From Armatimonadota bacterium (lineage in GTDB: Bacteria; Armatimonadota; SYMT01): a stretch of 64,000 nt of DNA. The position numbers were made by a program, and so were the translations under genes. Under the pieces are notes generated by a model. That model worked only from the letters and a program-made list of their open reading frames with translations, had not been told where the DNA came from and searched no databases. Below are positions 20,949 through 31,265 of the stretch, one piece after another. The stretch covers positions 14,179-78,178 of the forward strand of contig JBKBRF010000034.1 in assembly GCA_046292385.1 (NCBI GenBank). Reading direction: 5' to 3'. Each line of letters opens with the position of its first letter. Positions within the stretch are counted from its first letter, which is position 1.

Positions 20949-22481
20949 ATGTCAGCAGACCTCTCGCCGACCCAGCAGCAAGCGTTCGAACTCCTGCTGC
21001 GCGGCCTCTCGCTCGGCTCGATCGTCACCCTACACGGCACCGAGGGGATGGGAAAGACCACCCTCCTCCGCGCCCTGCACCGGCAGCTTGGCGGCGTGCT
21101 CCTGGACATGAAGGAGTATGTCGAAGAGCTTCGCGGCTCACACCCGCTCGCCATGGAAGAGGCGTTCGAGCGTCTCCTGATGGCGGCGCTACGGGAGCAC
21201 GAGGTGGTGCTGGTGGACGACCTCGACCTGCTCGTGAACGTGGTGGGCGGCTGCGGCAACTACCCCCGCGCCGGGTTTCTGGACGCCGCGGCAAAGGTGG
21301 TCGCCATCTTCGCCGCCGAAGCCGGCAAGAAGCTGGTCCTGGCGGGCGCCGCTCCGGGCCCGATGTCGAGCCGCGCCTATTCCGCCTACGTCTACCGGTT
21401 TGCCTCGGAAGACTATGCCTTCATCTGCCGCCACTTGCTGGGTGAGGAGGTGGCGAGCCGCCTCGATTTCCAGAAGGTCCACCGGTTCGCGTCTCACCTG
21501 GATGGGCACCAGCTCCGCAGCGCGTGTACCTGGCTGCGATCGGAGCCGGGGCTCGATACGGAGCAGTTCATCGAGTACCTGCAGGAGCAGGGCCTCAGCA
21601 GCAACGTCGAGCTTGCGGAGGTCCAGGCGGTCTCGCTGGAGGATATCCGCGGCTGCGACGACGTGATCCGCAGCCTGATCGCGAACATCGTCGTACCGCT
21701 GGAGCGAGACGACCTGGCGCTGGAGCTGGGCCTCAAGCCGAAGCGCGGCGTGCTGCTGGCGGGACCGCCCGGAACGGGGAAGACGACAGTCGGCCGCGCC
21801 CTCGCCCACCGGCTGCGCGGCAAGTTCTTCCTGGTCGACGGCACCGTCATCGCCGGCTCCAGTCACTTCTACGGGCAGATCCACCACATCTTCGAGTCCG
21901 CGAAGCACAACGCGCCGGCGGTGATCTTCATCGACGACTGCGACGTGATCTTCGAGACGGGCGAGGAGATGGGCCTCTACCGCTACCTGCTCACCATGCT
22001 CGACGGCCTGGAGAGCGAGAGCGCCGGCCGCGTCTGCCTGATGCTCACCGCCATGGACGTGGCGAACATCCCACCCGCGCTGCTCCGGTCCGGCCGCGTG
22101 GAGCTGTGGCTGGAGATGACGCTGCCGGACGCGCAGGCCCGGCGGGAGATCTTCGAGCGGCACCTGGCCGGCGCGGCGGGAGAGATGGGCCGTCCGGACC
22201 TCGACCGGATGGTGGAGGCGACCGAAGGCTTCTCCGGCGCGGACCTGAAGCGGCTGGTGGAGGACGGCAAGAACCTCTACGCCTACGACCGCGCCATGGA
22301 GACGCCGACCGCGGAGAGCACCGGCTACTACCTGCGAGCCATCAAGACGGTGCTGGAGAACCGCGCCCGCTACGAGGCCGCCGACGCCCGCGCCCGCGCC
22401 CGCCGCGCCAGCACCCGGCCCGGCCCCCGCTCCGACTACGGCCCGTTCCCGGGTCTCTCCACGCTGGATTACGAGGAGTAG
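20949..22481 (+). CDS. Tandem-domain AAA+ ATPase
   Basis: D1 GTEGMGKT/VLVDD; D2 KRGVLLAGPPGTGKT, VIFIDD, ALLRSGRV, TEGFSGADL. Confidence 0.85.
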   Translation: MSADLSPTQQQAFELLLRGLSLGSIVTLHGTEGMGKTTLLRALHRQLGGVLLDMKEYVEELRGSHPLAMEEAFERLLMAALREHEVVLVDDLDLLVNVVGGCGNYPRAGFLDAAAKVVAIFAAEAGKKLVLAGAAPGPMSSRAYSAYVYRFASEDYAFICRHLLGEEVASRLDFQKVHRFASHLDGHQLRSACTWLRSEPGLDTEQFIEYLQEQGLSSNVELAEVQAVSLEDIRGCDDVIRSLIANIVVPLERDDLALELGLKPKRGVLLAGPPGTGKTTVGRALAHRLRGKFFLVDGTVIAGSSHFYGQIHHIFESAKHNAPAVIFIDDCDVIFETGEEMGLYRYLLTMLDGLESESAGRVCLMLTAMDVANIPPALLRSGRVELWLEMTLPDAQARREIFERHLAGAAGEMGRPDLDRMVEATEGFSGADLKRLVEDGKNLYAYDRAMETPTAESTGYYLRAIKTVLENRARYEAADARARARRASTRPGPRSDYGPFPGLSTLDYEE

Positions 22482-22664
22482 CGCGCGGACCAGGAGTGGG
22501 TGAAAGGGAGAGTGGGGGAGTGGGAGATCCGAACCCGAACGGAGCTGCCCCCACTCTCTCCCCTCAAGGCGAGGACGGCTCGTGAGGACGGCTTCGTAGA
22601 GCCACCGAGAGGAGAGCGATTGGGTCGTATCCGCGGTGTCTCGAGGCGGAATATGGGCGTCAGG

Positions 22665-22887
22665 ATGATCCACACAGTTGAAGCCGTTATTGACGAAGCC
22701 GGCAAGGTGCACCTGCTGGAGAGCGTCGAGCTTCCGGAAGCTCGACGGGCACTGGGTGACCATCTTGGAAGAGCCCGCATCGGTCACGCCAGAGATAGCT
22801 CACTTGAGCGAACCCGCACTCGGCGACTGGAGTCGCCCCGAGGAGGATGCTGCCTGGTCTCACCTCCAATCGACGGGCGCGCAGTAA
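22665..22887 (+). pseudogene. Small antitoxin-like protein with a +1 frameshift
   Basis: MIHTVEAVIDEAGKVHLLESVELP..RRAL|VTILEE..LSE.AL.DW.RPEEDAAWSHLQ; extra G at ~22755. Confidence 0.65.
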
Positions 22888-22906
22888 GGTTGGATCAGGA
22901 GGGGCT

Positions 22907-23218
22907 ATGCGATTTCAAGCAATTCGGCTGGGGCACGGCCAGCACGCAGATTGGAGCAGGATCACCCACGTCCGGGTGAAGGTTGGCGCGGCCGGAGATA
23001 CCGCTGCTGGACAGCGCGTCCTCGACCACATCCGTTCCCGCGCGGATCAGCACGGCATCGCAGCCATCACAGCCATCGAGGCGGACTTCCCCGCGCGAAA
23101 GACGGACCTGCCCCATCCCCGCGGCATGCAAGTCGACCTTCGCCATTTGGCCAACGACCGGAATGCCGGGAGCAGCGCGCAAGACAAGGGGCTGCTGGAA
23201 CTCGGCTGGCTGGAGTAG
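22907..23218 (+). CDS. Hypothetical protein
   Basis: ATG after strong GGAGG; ends just before a shared hairpin. Confidence 0.45.
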   Translation: MRFQAIRLGHGQHADWSRITHVRVKVGAAGDTAAGQRVLDHIRSRADQHGIAAITAIEADFPARKTDLPHPRGMQVDLRHLANDRNAGSSAQDKGLLELGWLE

Positions 23219-23246
23219 AAGCAGCTCGATTCAAATTCCTACGGGA

Positions 23247-23278
23247 GACGGCCCGTCCCGTATCCGGGACGGGCCGTC
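23247..23278. terminator. Perfect 14-bp hairpin between convergent genes
   Basis: gacggcccgtcccg-tatc-cgggacgggccgtc. Confidence 0.65.
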
Positions 23279-23308
23279 GTGCTCAGCGGTGGCAATGTCC
23301 GGAGGAAC

Positions 23309-24526
23309 CTATGCAGTAACGCCGGCGTGGCGAGCATGGCCGTTGGAGCGCTGCATGCCTGGCTTCAGGATCACCTTCACGCAGTCGTCGGTCTTGCTCA
23401 GGAACATCTGGTAGGCGTCCGGAGCGGCGTCGAGCGGCATCTCGTGGGTGATGATGAAGGTCGGGTCGATGTCGCCGTTCTGGATCCGCTCCAGGAGCGG
23501 CCGCATGTAGCGGTGCACGTGCGTCTGGCCGGTCTTCAGCGTGAGCGACCGGTTCATGAACGAGCCGATCGGGAACTTGTCGATGAACCCGCCGTAGACG
23601 CCGATCACGGAGACGATCCCCCCGTTCCGGCAGGCGTGGATCGCGTCCCGCAGCACGATCGGGCGGTCGGTCTCCAGCCGCATCGCCTGCTTGGTGCGGT
23701 CGTACCAGTAGAGCGGGGGAGGGGTGTGCGCCTCCATGCCGACCGCGTCGATGCAGGCGTCCGGGCCGCGGCCGGCGGTCATCTCCCGCAGGGCGTCGAG
23801 GACGTTCAACTCTTCGTAGTTCAGCGTCTCCGCGCCGGCTTTCTCCCGCGCCATCTTGAGCCGGGCGGGGTAGCGGTCGATGGCGATCACCCGCTCCGCA
23901 CCCAGCATGTAGGCGCTGGCGATGGCGAACTGGCCCACCGGCCCGCAGCCCCAGACGGCGATGGTGTCGCCCGGCTTGATGTCGCACATCTCGGCGCCCA
24001 TGTAGCCGGTAGGGAGGATGTCGGAAAGGAAGAGCACCTGCTCGTCCGTCATCCCCTCCGGGATCTTCAGCGGACCCACGTCCGCGAACGGCACGCGCGC
24101 GTACTCCGCCTGGCCGCCCGCGTAGCCGCCGGTCAGGTGGGAGTAGCCGAAGATGCCGCAGGGGGAGTGGCCCCACAGCTTCTCCGCCATCCAGGCGTTC
24201 GGGTTGGAGTTCTCACACAGGGAGAACATCTCCGACTGGCAGGCGCCGCAGTTGCCGCAGGAGATCGGGAACGGCACCACCACGCGGTCGCCGACCTTCA
24301 GGTTGTTCACCCCGCGGCCCACTTCCACCACCTCGCCCATGAACTCGTGGCCGAGGATGTCTCCCTTCTGCATGCTCGGGATGAAGCCGTCGTACAGGTG
24401 CAGGTCGGAGCCGCAGATCGCCGTGGAGGTGATCCGCACGATCGCGTCCCGGTCGCTCAGGATCTTCGGGTCAGGGACTTCCTTCACCTCAACCCGGTTC
24501 ACGCCCATCCAGCAGTTCGCTTTCAT
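23309..24526 (-). CDS. Zinc-dependent alcohol/formaldehyde dehydrogenase (FDH-like, YbdR-type)
   Basis: [47 protein letters not shown]. Confidence 0.9.
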   Translation of the reverse strand: MKANCWMGVNRVEVKEVPDPKILSDRDAIVRITSTAICGSDLHLYDGFIPSMQKGDILGHEFMGEVVEVGRGVNNLKVGDRVVVPFPISCGNCGACQSEMFSLCENSNPNAWMAEKLWGHSPCGIFGYSHLTGGYAGGQAEYARVPFADVGPLKIPEGMTDEQVLFLSDILPTGYMGAEMCDIKPGDTIAVWGCGPVGQFAIASAYMLGAERVIAIDRYPARLKMAREKAGAETLNYEELNVLDALREMTAGRGPDACIDAVGMEAHTPPPLYWYDRTKQAMRLETDRPIVLRDAIHACRNGGIVSVIGVYGGFIDKFPIGSFMNRSLTLKTGQTHVHRYMRPLLERIQNGDIDPTFIITHEMPLDAAPDAYQMFLSKTDDCVKVILKPGMQRSNGHARHAGVTA

Positions 24527-24569
24527 CGCTTCTCCTCGAAAAGGTGTCAAGGTACCACGGCGCCGCGCG

Positions 24570-25619
24570 TCACCGGGTCTCGCTCATCTCGCGCGTGGAG
24601 AGCGGCTGTGCCGCGTGCTGCGGCCAGGAGAGGGTGGTCATGCTCCCGTCGGAGCGCACGACGTCGCCTGTCTCCAACACCTGCTTGAAATGGCGCAGGT
24701 TCTCCTCGAGCTGGGACTCGGGGTCCTTGTTGAAGAGCTTCGCGACCGCCGCGCCGAGGCCGCCGCCGGGGGGCGAATACTGGATCTCCACCCGGACCTC
24801 CGTGCCGCGGCCGCGGGGCGCGGCGTCGAAGCGCACCCAGCCGGACGTCTCCACCTGCGAGCCCGGCAGCGACCGCCACGCGATCCGCTCGTTGGGGCGG
24901 TCGTCGGTGATCTCCGCGTCCCACTCCACCAGCACGTTTCCGGGCCCGCGAGCGCACCAGCGGGAGCGGGTCTCGCTCAGCACGTCGATCGACTCAAGCT
25001 GGCTCATAAACCGGGGCAGGTTCTCCAGCCGGCGCCAGTGGCGGTAGACCTCTTCGACCGGCCGGTTGATCGTGATCGCCTTCACCCGGGAGAGGTAGTC
25101 GCGCACCGCCCGCCCTTCGGGGGTGGAGGGAGCGGCGCTGAGCTGCTGGGCGTTGAGAGCGTCGACCACGGCGATCCCGGCTACCACGGCCGCCGCCGCG
25201 GCGGCACGGGTCCGATCGGTGTCGTCGGAGCGCATCGCCGTGCCGAGCAGCGAGAGGTCCATCACGTCGCCCGCCACGCGGGACCAGACCCAGCCGGCCG
25301 GCCGTGCCTGCGAGAGGATGCCCAGGCCGCTCACGATCTCCCGCGCGCCGACCAGGCGCACCAGCTTCTGGTTCTCCTCGCTGTCGCGCACGCCGACCAG
25401 CCGTGCTACCACCTGCGGCGCCGCCAGACCCGCGAGGCCGAGGCCCAGGCTCAGCCACCCCAGCGCGTTGGCGAACTGCTCGGACGGCGCGGTGGCGCCG
25501 TTACTCCGAAAGGCGTCCGGCGGCTCTTCCAGCCGGACCCGGGTCTGGCCCTCACTGCCGTACATCTCGGCCTCGCTCATTGCTCGGCTGCTCACGGTTC
25601 TGCCCTCCTGCCGCGGCAT
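24570..25619 (-). CDS. SRPBCC/cyclase-dehydrase family protein with an N-terminal membrane region
   Basis: [51 protein letters not shown]. Confidence 0.85.
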   Translation of the reverse strand: MPRQEGRTVSSRAMSEAEMYGSEGQTRVRLEEPPDAFRSNGATAPSEQFANALGWLSLGLGLAGLAAPQVVARLVGVRDSEENQKLVRLVGAREIVSGLGILSQARPAGWVWSRVAGDVMDLSLLGTAMRSDDTDRTRAAAAAAVVAGIAVVDALNAQQLSAAPSTPEGRAVRDYLSRVKAITINRPVEEVYRHWRRLENLPRFMSQLESIDVLSETRSRWCARGPGNVLVEWDAEITDDRPNERIAWRSLPGSQVETSGWVRFDAAPRGRGTEVRVEIQYSPPGGGLGAAVAKLFNKDPESQLEENLRHFKQVLETGDVVRSDGSMTTLSWPQHAAQPLSTREMSETR

Positions 25620-25724
25620 GTCCCGGGCCCGCCGGAGAGTCGGCGGCCGGGGTGGATCGGGGAGTGTGCCGGTACGCTCTCGCGGGACGGCGAGCCAGGA
25701 GCAGCGCCGCCCTTGTGAGCCAAA

Positions 25725-25750
25725 CTACCCGGCATTCGGGGGCGCAAAAC
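25725..25750 (-). promoter_or_regulatory. Possible SigB/SigF-type stress promoter
   Basis: Minus strand GTTTTG-N14-GGGTAG upstream of the SRPBCC-dehydrogenase operon. Confidence 0.35.
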
Positions 25751-25855
25751 GCGCGGGGGGCGGAAGAGATGAATAGCTCGCCGGGACGGCAATCCGCTGG
25801 GAGCAGAGAGGGCTCGGCAGCGCCCGGACGGGTTCTCGTGAGGGAAGCGCCGCCG

Positions 25856-26986
25856 TCAGAGACCCTGGAAGGCGGCGTCGAACGCGAGCGCCCACGGCGG
25901 GCGGAGGAAGCCGAGGGCCCGCACGTCCTGCTGCCAGTAACCGAACGGCGAGTGCCGCGAGTAGCTGCCGCCGCCGAGGATGCGGCAGAGGCGGGTGAGC
26001 AGCACTTCGGAGAGCTCCGCGATGGCGAGCTTGCCCAGCCGGGTGCCGACCGGCGTGCCGGGGCTTGCCTCGACCTCTCGGAGCATGCCGTCGTAAGCCC
26101 GGTCGATCAGCCAGCTCTCCGTCTCCGCCCGCACCCACTCGGCCTGCTCGAAGGACCGCAGGCTTTCCTTCCGGCGGCGAAGCTGCTCCCGGGCGGTCGC
26201 CATGGCCACCTGCGCGATCCCGGTCACCACCGCGGCGAAGTAGCAGGAGATCGCGCCGCCGGCCGCCTTCTGCAGGCCGAGGAGGTTTCCCGGCCAGGCA
26301 AAGCGCGCGGCGGGGTAGCCCTCGAACCGGAACGCGTGGCTCTGGGTCGCCGTCATGCCGTGGCCGTCCCACTCCGCCAACAGCGTCATCCCGCCGGTGC
26401 CGTCCCACTCCGCGCCGCGGACGTCCAGGAAGAACCAGTCCGGCTCCGGCTCGCCGTCCGGCAAGGCGGAGGTGAGGACGAACGACGTGATCCCCGAGCC
26501 GCTCCCGAAGTGCTTGCTGCCGGTGATCCGGTAGCCCGTGCCGTCCCACTCCGCCCGGGTGCGGGTCTGGGAGACGTCGCCGCCGCTCCCCGGCTCGGAA
26601 GTGATGGTGCCCCACCAGGCGCCCTCGGCGGCGCTCCGGAAGACCTCCCGCCGCTGCGGCTCCCAGGCATCCCGGTACGGTGCGGGCGCCTCCGGAGAGG
26701 CGAGCCAGAAGGTGAGGACGGAGGGGTGCATGGCGGCGACCAGCGCCAACGACGAGTCGCCCTGCGCCAGCGTCCGCAGCGCCTCGCAGATCGGCCGGGT
26801 CGACTCCGCCACGCTCCGCCACGAGCCGCCGAGCGGCTCCGGCACCGCCGCGCGGAGGAAGCCGAGCGCCTCGAGCCGCTCGAAGTCCGCCGGGTCGAGC
26901 GCCCGCCGCCGCTGCCGGGCGTTCCGCTCGACGGCCATCTCGGCGGCAAAGGCCTGGATCTGGGGCAGCAGCTCTCGCTCGCGCAC
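25856..26986 (-). CDS. Acyl-CoA dehydrogenase / flavin-dependent hydroxylase family protein
   Basis: TSEPGSGGD, ITGSKHFGSG, WDGHGMTATQSH, RILGG; GGAGG RBS. Confidence 0.8.
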   Translation of the reverse strand: MRERELLPQIQAFAAEMAVERNARQRRRALDPADFERLEALGFLRAAVPEPLGGSWRSVAESTRPICEALRTLAQGDSSLALVAAMHPSVLTFWLASPEAPAPYRDAWEPQRREVFRSAAEGAWWGTITSEPGSGGDVSQTRTRAEWDGTGYRITGSKHFGSGSGITSFVLTSALPDGEPEPDWFFLDVRGAEWDGTGGMTLLAEWDGHGMTATQSHAFRFEGYPAARFAWPGNLLGLQKAAGGAISCYFAAVVTGIAQVAMATAREQLRRRKESLRSFEQAEWVRAETESWLIDRAYDGMLREVEASPGTPVGTRLGKLAIAELSEVLLTRLCRILGGGSYSRHSPFGYWQQDVRALGFLRPPWALAFDAAFQGL

Positions 26987-27485
26987 GGTCTCTCCTCCGA
27001 ATGGAATTGCACCACCCCGTTAGGTACCTGGACCGAAGATGCCTGTACCTATCTCGACGTGAGTTCTTGTCGAGCCGCGGAGACTCTCCGTGGAGAGACC
27101 CTGAGGAGCCCGGAAGCGCTGCCGGCAGGCAGGGCGGGAGGGGTCCCCTTGTGAGGCCCCCCGGGTGCCCGCTTGCGGGCGGTAGGGGGCCTCGCTTGAG
27201 CCGCCTGGAGCGGCCCGTGAGTCGTCGTCTCGCTGCAGGCGCCGCCTGCGGACGCGGAACGGAGCGCGCGGGGAGCACGCCCGCAGCGCCCGCTAGCAGA
27301 GGCGCAGCCGGAGCGTCAAAGGGCCGCGGAGGGCCACCCACGCGGGAGGGCCGCTCCGGGAGGTGAGGGCGGGGGGTGGATCCCCGGTGAGCTGACGGTG
27401 CCGCCAGGAGGCACTCTCCCTTGGTGAACACGCTTGGAGGGCGACGCCTCTACCTGTGTCGGAGCGAGCCGAAGGAGCCTGCGCA

Positions 27486-28547
27486 CTACGCGGCGCGGCG
27501 CAGCGCGTCGGAGCCACTTCCCTCCAGCAGCCGCAGGGTACCCGAGGTGCCGGTCACCACCTGGTCGAGCGTGCACTCCCGCGGCGGCTTGTCCGGCCGC
27601 CACCGCAGCAGGCTGGTCCCGTGGCGAAAGCGGCCGCCGGTGAAGTGGTCGTACGTCACCTCCACCACCAGCTCCGGCTTCAGCGGCTGCCACTCCTGCG
27701 AGCGGCCGCGGCTCCAGCGGCTCGGCCCGCCCGGCGCGCGGCCGGTGAATCCGGGCGGCTGCACCAGCGCTTCCAGGCGGGCGGTCAGCTCCTTCTTCTC
27801 CGCAGAGCGCAGACCGGAAGTGAAGCCGACGTGGTGCAGCAGGCCGGCGTCGTCGTAGAGGCCGAGCAGCAGCGAGCCGACCACCTTGCTTCCGGAGCCG
27901 TAGCGGAAGCCGCCGACCACGCACTCGGCGGAGCGGATCGCCTTGATCTTCTGCATCCCGCGCCGCTCGCCGCTCAAGTAGGGGAGGTCGGCGCGCTTCG
28001 CGACGATACCATCCAGGCTCCCCCCGACTCCGGCGAGCCACTGCCGGGCCAGGGAGAGCTCGCGCGTGGCGGGGGAGAGGCGGAGCGGCGCTCCGGCGGG
28101 TACTCCGCGGAAGAACGCCTCCAAACGCGGACGCCGCGACTCCAGCGGGAGCGCCGTCAGGAGGTCGCCGGAGGGCTCGACCAGCAGGTCGAAGGCGATG
28201 AACCAGGCCGGCGAGGTCTCCGCCAGGAGCCGGACGCGGCTCTCCGCCGGGTGGATGCGCTGCAGGAGGTCGTCGAACGAGAGCGTCTCGCCCTTCGGGA
28301 TCACGATCTCGCCGTCGAGCACGAACCGGACGGCGGGGAGGGCGCGGACCGCCTCCACCAACTCCGGAAAGTAGCGGTGCAGCGGCTGGCCGGCCTTCGA
28401 CTGCAGTTCCACCTCGTCGCCGTCCCGGAAGACAAGGCAGCGGAAGCCGTCCCACTTCGGCTCGTACTGCCACTGGGCGCCCGTGGGGATCTTTTCCACC
28501 AGCTGCGCCTCCATCGGCGGGACCGGCGGCTTCAGCGGGAGCTCCAC
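27486..28547 (-). CDS. ligC: ATP-dependent DNA ligase (LigC-type)
   Basis: PPMEA, YEPKWDGFR (motif I), LDGEIV, AFDLL, DGIVAK, CVVGGFR, SLLLGLY, RFRH..RWRPDK. Confidence 0.9.
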   Translation of the reverse strand: MELPLKPPVPPMEAQLVEKIPTGAQWQYEPKWDGFRCLVFRDGDEVELQSKAGQPLHRYFPELVEAVRALPAVRFVLDGEIVIPKGETLSFDDLLQRIHPAESRVRLLAETSPAWFIAFDLLVEPSGDLLTALPLESRRPRLEAFFRGVPAGAPLRLSPATRELSLARQWLAGVGGSLDGIVAKRADLPYLSGERRGMQKIKAIRSAECVVGGFRYGSGSKVVGSLLLGLYDDAGLLHHVGFTSGLRSAEKKELTARLEALVQPPGFTGRAPGGPSRWSRGRSQEWQPLKPELVVEVTYDHFTGGRFRHGTSLLRWRPDKPPRECTLDQVVTGTSGTLRLLEGSGSDALRRAA

Positions 28548-29572
28548 AGCAGTGCCTCCAGGTCGACCCGCCCGCTCCGGTCGAGCAGCGGCTTCCACAG
28601 GTCGCCCCGCTCCCGCACGCGCTCTCGCACGTTGCCGAGGTGGAAATCCTCGATCGCAATCCCGGCCTCCACCTCCTCCCATGTGACGGGGGTCGAGACG
28701 GTGGCACGGGGGGTGGGGCGGACCGAGTAGACGGAAGCGAGAGTGCGGCCCCAGGCGTTCTGGTTGTAATCGACCAGCACCCGCCCATGGGGTCGCCTGG
28801 CGATCCGGTACTCCGCGGTCAGCAGCTCCGGGTGCTGCTGCGCCAGGCTCACTGCCAGGCCCTTCGCGAAGGCCCAGACCTGCTTCTGCGCCGGATTGCG
28901 GACGATCGGCACGTAGACGTGGATGCCTTTCGAGCCGCTCGTCTTCGGATAGGAGGGGATGCCGAGCGAGCCGAGCGCGTCCCGCACCCGCAGCGCCGCC
29001 TCGCGCACCTTCTCGAAGCCGGCGCCGGGACCCGGGTCGAGATCGAAATGGAGAAAGTCGGGCCGGTCCACGTCGTCGCAGCGCGCGTACCAGGGGTTGA
29101 GGTCGATGCAGCCGAGGTTGACCACCCAGAGCAGCGACGCGAGGTCCTGCACCAGGGGGAAGTCGATCACGTTCCCGGAGCGGTGCGCGATCGAGCAGGT
29201 CTCGATCCACCGCGGACGCGGGCTCGGTGCGCGCTTCATGTAGAAGAACTCGCCCTGCGCTCCGTGCGGGTAGCGCTTCATCACCATCGCCCGGTCGATC
29301 AGGTGCGGCAGGAGCACGGAGGCCACGTCGGCGTAGTACTGCAGCAGCGCGCCCTTCGTGATCCCCAGCTCCGGCCAGAACGGCTTCCCCAGGTTCGTCA
29401 GGCAAACCACCCGGTCCCCCGCGCGCACCTCCATCCGCTCACCTTCCGAGGGGATCACCACGCCGCGCAGCGGGGACGGAGGCGTGCTCCGCCCGGGTGC
29501 GCGGCGATGCACCGCCGGGTGGTACTCGGTGGTCGGCTCCCGCTCGAGCACCGGCTGGGTCGTTCTCGCCAT
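28532..29572 (-). CDS. NHEJ LigD polymerase/primase domain protein (stand-alone PolDom)
   Basis: LTNLGKPFWP..ITK, KRYP.G..FY.K, PD..FDLDP, KTSGSKGIH, VDYNQN..T..YSVR. Confidence 0.9.
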   Translation of the reverse strand: MARTTQPVLEREPTTEYHPAVHRRAPGRSTPPSPLRGVVIPSEGERMEVRAGDRVVCLTNLGKPFWPELGITKGALLQYYADVASVLLPHLIDRAMVMKRYPHGAQGEFFYMKRAPSPRPRWIETCSIAHRSGNVIDFPLVQDLASLLWVVNLGCIDLNPWYARCDDVDRPDFLHFDLDPGPGAGFEKVREAALRVRDALGSLGIPSYPKTSGSKGIHVYVPIVRNPAQKQVWAFAKGLAVSLAQQHPELLTAEYRIARRPHGRVLVDYNQNAWGRTLASVYSVRPTPRATVSTPVTWEEVEAGIAIEDFHLGNVRERVRERGDLWKPLLDRSGRVDLEALLWSSR

Positions 29573-29797
29573 CTCGCTCTCCTCCACCCGGCGGTACCCG
29601 GCGGCGGGCCGGCGACAGTCTCGCGGGAGGTGTCAGAGGGTGGCGGGAGGGGGTAAGAGCCTGATCCGAGTGCCGGCCGACTGGGCGGGTGAGCGAGTCC
29701 TCGCGAGTCGGGTCGGGCTGCGCCTGAAACCCTGGCGACAGACGGCTCCTTGCCTGTAACCTGGGTTAGGGCTATAGGGCGGGAGGGAGAGCTGCCG

Positions 29798-31231
29798 GTG
29801 CGGGACTTCGAGAGCTATGAGCTGGCGGACGCCTTCGACGAGGCGGTGGGGCGGAACGGAGAGCTGCGGGAGCATTACGGCCCGCTCGCCGCGGCGCTGG
29901 CGAACGCCGATCCCGGGAGCCTCGCCAGCCGTCACCGCGCGGCGGAGCTGTTCTTCCTGCACCGCGGCACCACGTTTACGGTCTATGGGGAGTCGGCGGG
30001 GATCGACCGCATCTTTCCGTTCGACTTCGTCCCGCGCGTGGTGCCGAGGCAGGAGTGGGAGCGGGTAGAGAAGGGCCTCAAGCAGCGGATCTACGCACTC
30101 AACCTCTATCTCCACGACATCTACCACAACCAGCAGATCCTCCGGGACGGAGTGGTGCCGGTGGAGCTGGTCTACGGCGCCAGCCACTTCCGGCGGGAGT
30201 GGATCGGCGTCTCCGTCCCGCACAACATCTACGTCCACATCTGCGGCACCGACCTGATCCGTGACCGGGACGGCAGCTACCTGGTGCTGGAGGACAACCT
30301 GCGCAGCCCCTCCGGCGTCTCCTACGTGCTGGAGAACCGCCAGGCGATGCAGCGGATCTTCCCGGAGTTCTTCGAGGGGTACGAGGTCCAGCCGGTCCAG
30401 CCGTACTGTCCCACCCTCCGCAAGGTACTCCAGCACCTCGCCCCGGGCGGAAGGGACGAGCCGGTGATCGCGCTGCTGACGCCGGGGGTCTACAACTCCG
30501 CCTACTTCGAGCACACCTACCTGGCGAAGCAGATGGGCGTCGAGCTGGTCGAGGGGAGCGACCTGGTGGTGGACGACGACGTCGTCTACATGCGCACCAC
30601 GCGCGGCCTGCAGCGGGTCGACGTGATCTACCGCCGCGTGGACGACGACTTCATCGACCCGATCGTCTTCCGCCCGGAGAGCATCCTGGGAGTGCCGGGG
30701 CTGGTGAACGCCTACCGCAGCGGGCAGGTCGCGCTGGCGAACTCACTCGGCACCGGCGTGGCGGACGACAAGGCGATCTACGCCTACACCCCGGCGATCA
30801 TCAAGTACTACCTGGGCGAGGAGCCGATCCTGCCGATCGTGCCGACGCTGCTCCCGACCGACGATACCACGCGGCAGTACGTCCTGGAGAACCTGGCCCA
30901 GCTCGTGGTGAAGCGGGTCGACGAGTCGGGCGGGTACGGAATGCTGATCGGACCGGCGGCGAGCCAGGTGGAGCTGGAGGAGTTCCGCCGCCGCGTGGCC
31001 GCGGAGCCGCGGGCCTACATCGCGCAGCCGGTGATCTCCCTCTCCACGCACCCCACCTGGATCGGCGAGCGGCTGGAGCCGCGACACGTCGACCTCCGGC
31101 CGTACATCCTCTACGGAGAAGAGCTCTACGTGCTCCCCGGCGGGCTCACCCGCGTGGCGCTGCCCAAGGGATCGCTCGTCGTGAACTCCTCCCAGGGCGG
31201 CGGGAGCAAAGACACCTGGGTCCTGGCTTGA
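29798..31231 (+). CDS. Circularly permuted type 2 ATP-grasp protein
   Basis: LEDNLRSPSGVSY, TPGVYNSAYFEH, YRRVDD, GVADDK, PRHVDLRP, NSSQGGGSKDTW. Confidence 0.92.
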   Translation: MRDFESYELADAFDEAVGRNGELREHYGPLAAALANADPGSLASRHRAAELFFLHRGTTFTVYGESAGIDRIFPFDFVPRVVPRQEWERVEKGLKQRIYALNLYLHDIYHNQQILRDGVVPVELVYGASHFRREWIGVSVPHNIYVHICGTDLIRDRDGSYLVLEDNLRSPSGVSYVLENRQAMQRIFPEFFEGYEVQPVQPYCPTLRKVLQHLAPGGRDEPVIALLTPGVYNSAYFEHTYLAKQMGVELVEGSDLVVDDDVVYMRTTRGLQRVDVIYRRVDDDFIDPIVFRPESILGVPGLVNAYRSGQVALANSLGTGVADDKAIYAYTPAIIKYYLGEEPILPIVPTLLPTDDTTRQYVLENLAQLVVKRVDESGGYGMLIGPAASQVELEEFRRRVAAEPRAYIAQPVISLSTHPTWIGERLEPRHVDLRPYILYGEELYVLPGGLTRVALPKGSLVVNSSQGGGSKDTWVLA

Positions 31232-31265
31232 GCCGGGCGGAGGAGCTTCGGAGTAGGACTGACTG

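Noticed and set aside
28548..29405. Apparent 639-aa ligase (LigD-like fusion)
   Set aside because: The N-terminal extension is an off-frame read of the PolDom gene. The ligase has its own GGAGG and GTG at 28547, so these are two genes.
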